A stretch of DNA of 12,887 nt from Arcobacter sp. (lineage in GTDB: Bacteria > Campylobacterota > Campylobacteria > Campylobacterales > Arcobacteraceae): positions 1-12,887 of the forward strand of contig CBFIGT010000043.1 in assembly GCA_965662175.1 (NCBI GenBank), written 5' to 3'. Below are positions 1-6,030 of the stretch, piece after piece. The notes beneath the pieces are model-generated. The model did no database searches. It was not told the origin of the DNA and was given only the letters and a program-made list of their open reading frames with translations. Position 1 is the first letter of the stretch. The number at the start of each line of letters is the position of its first letter. A program made the translations under genes and the position numbers.

Positions 1-2
1 TA

Positions 3-1703
3 ATTGGAACATTGGATGATAATTTTGTAGAAAAAGTATTTAATTTAATTTGTCAAAAATTTGATAATCAAGATTACTCATATGATTCAGAAGAATTTAT
101 TTCCACTTTAAATAAAATTCACAATAGCAGCTGTAACAATGTACCAGTTATCTCTAATCAAAATATTCTACACCCAGCAAACCATCCAATTGCTTATCCT
201 TTTTCTAATTTTCAAAACTATAATGCAGATAAAATATCAAATTCTCTTGTTAAAAGTAATACTAAGGCTATCAATAATTTTGATATTCTTCATAATCAGA
301 ATCAACAACTTATGCATCAAAAACAATATTATCATCAAGCCATTACAAATGATATGGATAGAAAAGTTTATGCTCATAATTTAACTATGATGCAATTAAG
401 ATTAAAGGGTTTTGATATATTTAAAGAACAAAACAATAAACTTTTTTATACACGTAGACCATTTGGAGAAAAACAAAAAACTACTATTAGCGAATTAAAA
501 GATATTTGTCATGGAATATTAGGTTATCACATTGGTATTTTCAATAATAGTGATGAAGTTTTAGTTATAGATGCAAATTATTTAATAGTTTCACTGTTAA
601 AAGCAGTTAGAAAAGAGATATTTAATCCTTTTTCAAACGAAGAATTCTTACATATTGGAAATAATCTTTGGGATAGAAATACTTTTGAGTACACTAAACA
701 TCTCAACAAAAGATTTGAACCTAAAACTTTTACACATGAAAAAACTTTTATAGAAACACTTCTAAGCGAAATACTTCCAATTCAAGAACAATCACAATTT
801 ATGATGAGCTGGTATTCTAAATATATGAGAGATGGTGTGAAATCTGATATTGTAATTATTTTAATTGGAGATAGCGAAACTACTGATATTTTATTAAATA
901 GTATCTATAAACCAATATTTGCAAAAAGAAAGAAATATATTAGTGTAATAGATGATGATGTTTTAACTAAAGAACCTAATAATGAGAATTTGTTAAATAA
1001 TAAAGTTTTATATCACATTGACAATCTAGGAGCTAAAACAGATAAAAGAAGAGTGAAAAGATTAGTTAGAACTATTGCTAGACCAAACTTTATAAACCCT
1101 ATTGAAGCATGGAACACAGATGAATCATATATTTATGGAAATTTGTTAATAACATCAAGTAAAGATACTCCATTTCCATATGTAGAGGATATTTTTAGTC
1201 AATGTGTCGTTTTTAGGGTTAGAGATATTAAAACTATACAAAATAAATTAAATGTAGACAGAAATCAATTAGACCAACTAATTGAAAATAATTTAGATAA
1301 ATTTTCAACAAAACTTTTACAACAAGATAATTATCATTTAACATTAATAAATACTGATGAAAAATGCTACTTAGAATCAATGAAAAATGGAGTACTTATA
1401 ACACCAGAAATTGATTGTAAAATTGATAATTATGTTAGTAATGTGATAGGTAAAAAAATTGAAGCATTTGAAGCTATAAAGTTTTATGATGAAACTATGT
1501 ATGATGAATTTTTAACAAATATTAATGAAGACATGATTGCGCAGCCATTGCAAAGTACATATTTCAATATAATCAATGGGGAAGAATTAATACCTCATAA
1601 TGGTGAATTTTTAGAGATATTAAAAAATAAAGCTGATATGTTTAAGGAAACACCAACAGATAAAAGTAAAGTAAATGGCAAAAAAAGATACCGAATCTTT
1701 TAA
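3..1703 (+). CDS. Mobile-element primase-helicase-like protein (SF3/D5/DUF5906-like C-terminal domain, NTPase motifs degenerate); 5'-partial
   Basis: The frame is open to the window edge (att gga aca ttg...), so the TTG at 12 is probably not the true start. Motif order resembles phage/satellite primase-helicases: FNP...NTF, then a hydrophobic strand with G at the Walker A position (IVIILIGDSETTD...IYKPIF), a Walker B-like strand (KVLYHIDN), a motif C-like strand (GNLLITSS) and a basic C-terminus (VNGKKRYRIF). Family assignment is by motif recognition only. Confidence 0.6.
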   Translation: MGTLDDNFVEKVFNLICQKFDNQDYSYDSEEFISTLNKIHNSSCNNVPVISNQNILHPANHPIAYPFSNFQNYNADKISNSLVKSNTKAINNFDILHNQNQQLMHQKQYYHQAITNDMDRKVYAHNLTMMQLRLKGFDIFKEQNNKLFYTRRPFGEKQKTTISELKDICHGILGYHIGIFNNSDEVLVIDANYLIVSLLKAVRKEIFNPFSNEEFLHIGNNLWDRNTFEYTKHLNKRFEPKTFTHEKTFIETLLSEILPIQEQSQFMMSWYSKYMRDGVKSDIVIILIGDSETTDILLNSIYKPIFAKRKKYISVIDDDVLTKEPNNENLLNNKVLYHIDNLGAKTDKRRVKRLVRTIARPNFINPIEAWNTDESYIYGNLLITSSKDTPFPYVEDIFSQCVVFRVRDIKTIQNKLNVDRNQLDQLIENNLDKFSTKLLQQDNYHLTLINTDEKCYLESMKNGVLITPEIDCKIDNYVSNVIGKKIEAFEAIKFYDETMYDEFLTNINEDMIAQPLQSTYFNIINGEELIPHNGEFLEILKNKADMFKETPTDKSKVNGKKRYRIF

Positions 1704-1927
1704 TAGTGTTTTTTTAATAAAAAAATCTATTTTTCTCAGTCGAATGAGGCTCTAGATACCTTAAAAATGGGCTTTCTGAAATAAATTTAAGATTCAGTTA
1801 AGAAATCATACTTTTTTTAGTGTTTACCGAGAAAAAAACGAGAAAATTAGCTTACCAAATAGTTGTCATAATGGTAATTGAGTCAAAGGCTAAAGCTTTA
1901 AAATAATGTTGGTTTTTGAATCTTTAC

Positions 1928-2012
1928 TGGTGTGGCTAGGGGGATTTGAACCCCCACAGCTTGCGCTATACGCCCCTCAAGCGTACGTGTCTACCAATTT
2001 CACCATAGCCAC
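1928..2012 (-). tRNA. tRNA-Leu (anticodon GAG), complete, CCA encoded
   Basis: Minus strand GTGGCTA-TG-GTGAAATTGGTAGACAC-G-TACGC-TTGAGGG-GCGTA-TAGCGCAAGCTGT-GGGGG-TTCAAAT-CCCCC-TAGCCAC-A-CCA. Perfect 7-bp acceptor stem, 5-bp anticodon and T stems, long variable arm with a GCAA loop, A73 discriminator; 85 nt. Confidence 0.97.
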
Positions 2013-2056
2013 AAAATAATAAAAATTCTAAAACGACCGATATGTGATAGATTGTT

Positions 2057-2094
2057 CCCTCAAGCCCACGTGTCTACCATTCCACCATATCCGC
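2057..2094 (-). pseudogene. 5' half of a second tRNA-Leu(GAG), truncated at the end of the anticodon loop (probable att junction)
   Basis: Minus strand GCGGATA-TG-GTGGAATGGTAGACAC-G-TGGGC-TTGAGGG, followed by non-tRNA sequence (AACAATCTATC...). The acceptor 5' strand, D arm, 5' anticodon strand and 7-nt loop are present. The complementary GCCCA, the T arm and TATCCGC are absent from the window. Confidence 0.9.
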
Positions 2095-2132
2095 ATATTT
2101 AAATTAAAACTATAATTTGTAAAAGAAATGGA

Positions 2133-2138
2133 ATTTTA
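2133..2138 (-). promoter_or_regulatory. Putative sigma70 -10 box (TAAAAT) for the tRNA-Leu locus
   Basis: Minus strand GTAAAATTCC about 40 nt upstream of the tRNA 5' half. The background is AT-rich, so the call is weak. Confidence 0.45.
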
Positions 2139-2243
2139 CTCAAACTCATCTTTTCTTTTTCTGAATTTTGAAATTTTATTAAATTTAACAATTGTTTAAC
2201 ACTAGCCTTATAGAATTTAAAAAAATAAAAGGAAATTATTAAG

Positions 2244-2492
2244 ATGAAAAAAATATTATTTTTTACACTTTTCAGTTTTATTGCTATACAAGCAGAAGAG
2301 CTTTTAACTGATTCTCAAAAAATGATGCAAGAGAGACAAAAGTTATATAATACTGAGAATATAGCTACTCAAACAAAAGAGCAAAAACAGCTGAAAAAAC
2401 AATATAAATATCAGTATAAAAAGGGTGAGGGCTCAAAAATGGGTTCAAGAAATATGTACAAAGGAAGCTATACAGGTGAAGTTAGACATTGA
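2244..2492 (+). CDS. Small secreted/periplasmic hypothetical protein (Q/K/Y/G-rich)
   Basis: AAAGGA RBS upstream; Sec-type signal peptide MKKILFFTLFSFIAIQA|EE; followed by a strong terminator. Confidence 0.8.
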   Translation: MKKILFFTLFSFIAIQAEELLTDSQKMMQERQKLYNTENIATQTKEQKQLKKQYKYQYKKGEGSKMGSRNMYKGSYTGEVRH

Positions 2493-2501
2493 TTTTTTAG
2501 C

Positions 2502-2540
2502 AAAAAAAAAGCTTCAAGAGAAAATCTCTTGAAGCTTTTT
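2502..2540. terminator. Bidirectional intrinsic terminator between the small ORF and atpE
   Basis: Perfect inverted repeat AAAAAGCTTCAAGAGA-aaa-TCTCTTGAAGCTTTTT (2506-2540), with A and T tracts on either side, between convergent genes. Confidence 0.92.
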
Positions 2541-2569
2541 AGTTTCTATTAAATCTGTAGATTTATAGA

Positions 2570-2884
2570 TTACCCTAAAAATGGATTTGCATATAATGCA
2601 ATCATAGCAATAACAAGTGCATAAATAACTTGTGCTTCGATCATCGCTAATGCAATGAACATAGTTGTCATTAATTTTCCACCTAAACCTGGGTTTCTAG
2701 CAGTACCAGCGATTGTTGCAGCAGCAGTGTTACCCATACCGATAGCACCACCAAGTGCAGCTAAACCAAGACCAATACCAGCAGCTACTACAGAGTAAGC
2801 TTTTAAAGTTTCATTTGCAACTGCACCATCAGCAGCGAAAGCAGCACCAGCGATAGCTAGCATTAAAAGAACGATTTTTTTCAT
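2570..2884 (-). CDS. atpE: F0F1 ATP synthase subunit c
   Basis: Gly-rich first helix GIGLGLAALGGAIGMG, loop ARNP, conserved carboxylate in MIEAQVIY, AAGGA RBS 7 nt before ATG. The signal-peptide-like N-terminal extension is as known for Campylobacterota AtpE. Confidence 0.97.
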   Translation of the reverse strand: MKKIVLLMLAIAGAAFAADGAVANETLKAYSVVAAGIGLGLAALGGAIGMGNTAAATIAGTARNPGLGGKLMTTMFIALAMIEAQVIYALVIAMIALYANPFLG

Positions 2885-2907
2885 TCATATATCCTTAAAA
2901 ATATTTT

Positions 2908-2994
2908 CAAAGTTTGTTCGGCTTGCGTAACCTTATCAAAAAAGATAAAGCGACCTAAACATAAATGCCTAAGTACTTCCTACTTAATACTTTG
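2908..2994 (-). ncRNA. Candidate structured 5' leader (cis-regulatory RNA) of atpE
   Basis: Nested helices on the minus strand: CAAAGU/ACUUUG enclosing UAAGUA-GGAAG-UACUUA and UGUUUAGGU/GCCGAACA, the latter capped by CUUUAUC-U6-GAUAAGG. Folded by eye only. Confidence 0.45.
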
Positions 2995-3002
2995 TTGGCA
3001 GT

Positions 3003-3008
3003 ATTTTA
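3003..3008 (-). promoter_or_regulatory. Putative -10 box (TAAAAT) of atpE
   Basis: Minus strand GATAAAATACTGCC immediately upstream of the structured leader; implies a 5' UTR of about 110 nt. Confidence 0.45.
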
Positions 3009-3076
3009 TCTCAAATGATATTAATTAGAATTTAAAGTGGGCTAATTTTTTTTCTTTTGTGTAAAAAAAGAACACT

Positions 3077-3712
3077 TCATAGGAACTCTTCTATTAAGTT
3101 GTACCAAATTTCATAGGCTTTTTTATTTAGATGTATTCCGTCTGTTGTAAATTGATCTTCTAAATATCCCTTTGCTGCTAGATATTTGTTTAAATCTATA
3201 AAAGCAATATTTTCATTTTTTGAATAGTTTTGTAGTTTTTCATTTAGTTTTTTTACTTTTTTATTTATTAGTTCATGTATATTTTTATCTACATATAAAG
3301 TAGATTGCACATAGATTTTTATATTTTTTCTCTTTAGTACTTCTATAATTTTCATATAGTTTATAAATACTTCATCACTACTTTTATGATTTAAAAAATC
3401 ATTTATTCCAATCATGACAAAAGCTTTTTGTACTTTTAAATCATAGTTTTCAATTATATATAGTAATTCATTTGATTGTAAGCCATTTATGCCTTTGTTT
3501 AATATTTTAAAATCATCACTTAGTTTATGAAAAAAAGCTGCGTTTGTAATTGAATCACCAAACATTACTATCTCTGGTTTATAGCTTTTATTTTTGATTA
3601 AACTGTTGATTGTAACTAGTTCATCATAAGGGAAAACTTTTTTAGTACCTACTAATAATCCATAATAAAAAGATATAAATATTAATATTAGAACTAAAAG
3701 AGTTTTTTTCAT
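3077..3712 (-). CDS. SGNH/GDSL-family hydrolase (lipase/acylhydrolase) with N-terminal membrane anchor
   Basis: Blocks GDSIT, KGING, MIGIND and DGIHLN give the S-G-N-H residues; hydrophobic N-terminus; AAGG RBS. Confidence 0.92.
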   Translation of the reverse strand: MKKTLLVLILIFISFYYGLLVGTKKVFPYDELVTINSLIKNKSYKPEIVMFGDSITNAAFFHKLSDDFKILNKGINGLQSNELLYIIENYDLKVQKAFVMIGINDFLNHKSSDEVFINYMKIIEVLKRKNIKIYVQSTLYVDKNIHELINKKVKKLNEKLQNYSKNENIAFIDLNKYLAAKGYLEDQFTTDGIHLNKKAYEIWYNLIEEFL

Positions 3713-3755
3713 AAATTACCTTGAAAATATTTATTAATATTTTAACAAAAAAAAG

Positions 3756-3761
3756 TATAAT
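3756..3761 (+). promoter_or_regulatory. Putative -10 box (TATAAT) for the 3789-7320 operon
   Basis: Perfect TATAAT 27 nt before the ATG, with an AGGA RBS in between, in the divergent intergenic region. Confidence 0.5.
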
Positions 3762-3788
3762 AACTTAGTTTATTTTTTAGGAATTAAT

Positions 3789-5300
3789 ATGAAAAAGCTT
3801 TTTTTTGGTTTGACATTTTTTATTATTTTAGTAATTGGTGGTATTTATACTCTATTATTTACATCTCTTGGAAACGGTATTGTAGCTTCAAAAATTGAAG
3901 ATATTGCAAATGAAAAAGAGGGTGTTAACTTTAAGGTTAATAAGTTTGTATTAACAACATCAAATATTGAGTTTGATGCATCTGTTGATGAAAACTCTAA
4001 TATTAATATTATTGGTGATTTGGCTTTATTAGCTAAAACTGTAGATTTAAAGTTTAATCTTGATATTAAAGATTTATCAAAATTAGAAAAATTTACAAAT
4101 CAAAAACTGAATGGTAGTTTTAAAACAAATGGTACTTTAAAAGGAAATCAGGAGTTAGCAAAACTAGAGGGTATTACAGATATTTTTAAAAGTAACACTA
4201 CTTATGATGTTGAGCTTAAAAACTTTGAGCCATCAAATATTTTATTTGATATGAAAAAAGCAAATATTAAAGAGATACTTTATTTAGTAAATCAACCAAT
4301 ATATGCCAATGGAAATATTGATATTAATGCAAATATCAAAAATGCAAAAATTGATACTTTAGATGGTTTAATTAAAACAAAAATTACAAATGGAGTTGTT
4401 GCAAATAGTATTGTAAATAAAGCTTTTAATACAAAACTAAAAGAAATCTTGGCTTTTAAAGGTGATATTACTACTAAATTAGTTCCAAATAGTGTTCTTT
4501 CAAAAGTTGATTTTTATACAACTATGGCAAATATTTTTGTAAAAGAGGCAAATGTTGATTTAAAAACTATGACTATTAAAAGTGATTATTTAGTTAATGT
4601 AGCTGATTTATCAAAGCTTTTTGATGTAACACAAACAAAAATGAGAGGTAATATTGATATTAATGGAAATATCAAAAAAGATAAAGATTTACTAGTAATA
4701 GGAAACTCGGAACTTTTTGATGGTAAATTAACTTATAAACTTTTAAATGATGATTTTACAGCAAATATTGATGGAGTTGAACTTTTAAATGTAATGCATA
4801 TGCTTTATTATCCTGAGATTTTCACATCAAAAACAAAACTTGATTTGAACTATAACTTGCTTAAACAAAAAGGAAATATAAAAGGTAATCTTATAAATGG
4901 GCAGTTTAAGAAAAATGAATACTCAACAATTATAAATAATTTTGCTAGATTTGATTTAACAAAAGAGGTTTATAAAAGTGTAGATTTAAATAGTGATATA
5001 AATAAAAATATAATAAAATCTACAATCAATATGAAGAGTAATTTAACACAAATAGATGTTGATCCCTCGACTATTGATTTAGAAAAAAGTACTATAGATG
5101 CACTTGTTGCAACAGATATAAAAGGTATAAAATTTGATACAAAATTATCAGGCCCTTTAACAAGTCCAAATGTAAAAGTTGATACGCAAAAACTTTTAAA
5201 AACAGGATTAAATGAAAAAGCAAAAGAGAAAATTCAAGATACAATTCAAAAAAATCTTGGTGATAAAGCAGGAAACCTTTTAAAAGGTTTTTTTAACTAA
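3789..5300 (+). CDS. Membrane-anchored, beta-rich periplasmic protein, AsmA/TamB-like (putative)
   Basis: N-terminal TM helix ending LLFTSLG, long alternating amphipathic beta-strand pattern, C-terminal LSGPLTSPNVKVD followed by an amphipathic helix (LLKGFF) as in AsmA-like proteins, and an internal duplication. Confidence 0.6.
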   Translation: MKKLFFGLTFFIILVIGGIYTLLFTSLGNGIVASKIEDIANEKEGVNFKVNKFVLTTSNIEFDASVDENSNINIIGDLALLAKTVDLKFNLDIKDLSKLEKFTNQKLNGSFKTNGTLKGNQELAKLEGITDIFKSNTTYDVELKNFEPSNILFDMKKANIKEILYLVNQPIYANGNIDINANIKNAKIDTLDGLIKTKITNGVVANSIVNKAFNTKLKEILAFKGDITTKLVPNSVLSKVDFYTTMANIFVKEANVDLKTMTIKSDYLVNVADLSKLFDVTQTKMRGNIDINGNIKKDKDLLVIGNSELFDGKLTYKLLNDDFTANIDGVELLNVMHMLYYPEIFTSKTKLDLNYNLLKQKGNIKGNLINGQFKKNEYSTIINNFARFDLTKEVYKSVDLNSDINKNIIKSTINMKSNLTQIDVDPSTIDLEKSTIDALVATDIKGIKFDTKLSGPLTSPNVKVDTQKLLKTGLNEKAKEKIQDTIQKNLGDKAGNLLKGFFN

Positions 5301-5319
5301 TTTTTAAAAAAGAGAAGAT

Positions 5320-6030
5320 ATGGAACAATTAAAAAGAGTATTAATTACGGGTGGAAACAAAGGTATTGGTTTAGCTGTTGTTAAAAGATTTATAGAGTTA
5401 GATTATGAGATTATTATTTTGGCTAGGGATTATTCAAGTTTTCCATATAAAGATAATCCCAAAATCAAATGTATAGAGTATGATTTGTCAAATGTTGCGG
5501 GATTAAGAGATTTAGCTAGTGAAATTGGTGAAATTGATGTTTTAATCAACAACGCTGGTTATATGCAACCTAAATATACATATGATAACTATCCACAAGA
5601 TAAAAAAGAGCATATTATGAATGTGGATTTATACTCACCTGTTGAACTTATCACTATTTTTAGTGAGGGAATGAAAAAAAGAAATTATGGAAGAATAGTA
5701 AATACAGCTTCAATTGCTGGGCAAATAGGTCATCCTGATATTTGGTATGGGATTGCAAAAGCTGGTATTATAAATGCTACAAAAATATTTGCAAAACTTT
5801 TAGGTGCTCATAATATAGTGGTAAACTGTATAGCCCCAAGTCCTGTTGAAACTGATATGCAAAAAGATAACTCTGAAGAGAGAAAATTAGAGTTTAAAAA
5901 AGCAGTTCCTTGTGGAAGATTCGCTGAACCTAGTGAGGCAGCTGAGGTTATAGTTTGGTTGGCAACTTCTTGCCCTGAATATGTAAATGGTACAACAATG
6001 GATTTTAATAATAGTTCATATGTAAGATAA
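5320..6030 (+). CDS. Short-chain dehydrogenase/reductase (classical SDR, FabG-like fold; substrate unknown)
   Basis: TGGNKGIG cofactor motif, NNAG, catalytic S and YGIAK (YxxxK), VNCIAP. Confidence 0.93.
   Translation: MEQLKRVLITGGNKGIGLAVVKRFIELDYEIIILARDYSSFPYKDNPKIKCIEYDLSNVAGLRDLASEIGEIDVLINNAGYMQPKYTYDNYPQDKKEHIMNVDLYSPVELITIFSEGMKKRNYGRIVNTASIAGQIGHPDIWYGIAKAGIINATKIFAKLLGAHNIVVNCIAPSPVETDMQKDNSEERKLEFKKAVPCGRFAEPSEAAEVIVWLATSCPEYVNGTTMDFNNSSYVR

Larger units (their letters stand above)
1..2056. mobile_element. Right end of a putative integrative element (genomic island, prophage or satellite) inserted in tRNA-Leu(GAG)
   Basis: tRNA homology stops abruptly at the anticodon loop (2057). 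To the left are a second, diverged tRNA-Leu and a replication-type ORF; to the right are housekeeping genes. No integrase is in the window and the other end is not visible. Confidence 0.65.

Noticed and set aside
139..384. 81-aa alternative-frame ORF
   Set aside because: Lies wholly within the long island ORF, has no RBS, and its I/L-rich composition is typical of off-frame AT-rich sequence.
1975..2088. CRISPR-like repeat-spacer-repeat (CCCTCAAGC...ACGTGTCTACCA twice)
   Set aside because: Only two imperfect copies, fully explained by tRNA homology; no cas genes in the window.
1928..2094. Intron-containing or split tRNA joining the 5' half to the 3' half of the downstream tRNA
   Set aside because: The stems do not match (GCGGATA vs TAGCCAC; TGGGC vs GCGTA), the downstream tRNA is already complete, and the 44-nt spacer is far too short for a group I intron.
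2807..2884. Signal-peptide-like N-terminal extension and isolated position of atpE as a novelty; possible Na+ specificity
   Set aside because: The extension and the separation from the atp operon are known for Campylobacterota. The ion site reads E-A-Q rather than the E-S/T Na+ signature, so it is consistent with an ordinary H+ type.
2829..2888. Out-of-frame upstream ATG overlapping the atpE start (19-codon ORF)
   Set aside because: Only 3 nt from the AAGGA RBS, whereas the atpE ATG has optimal 7-nt spacing; no other support.
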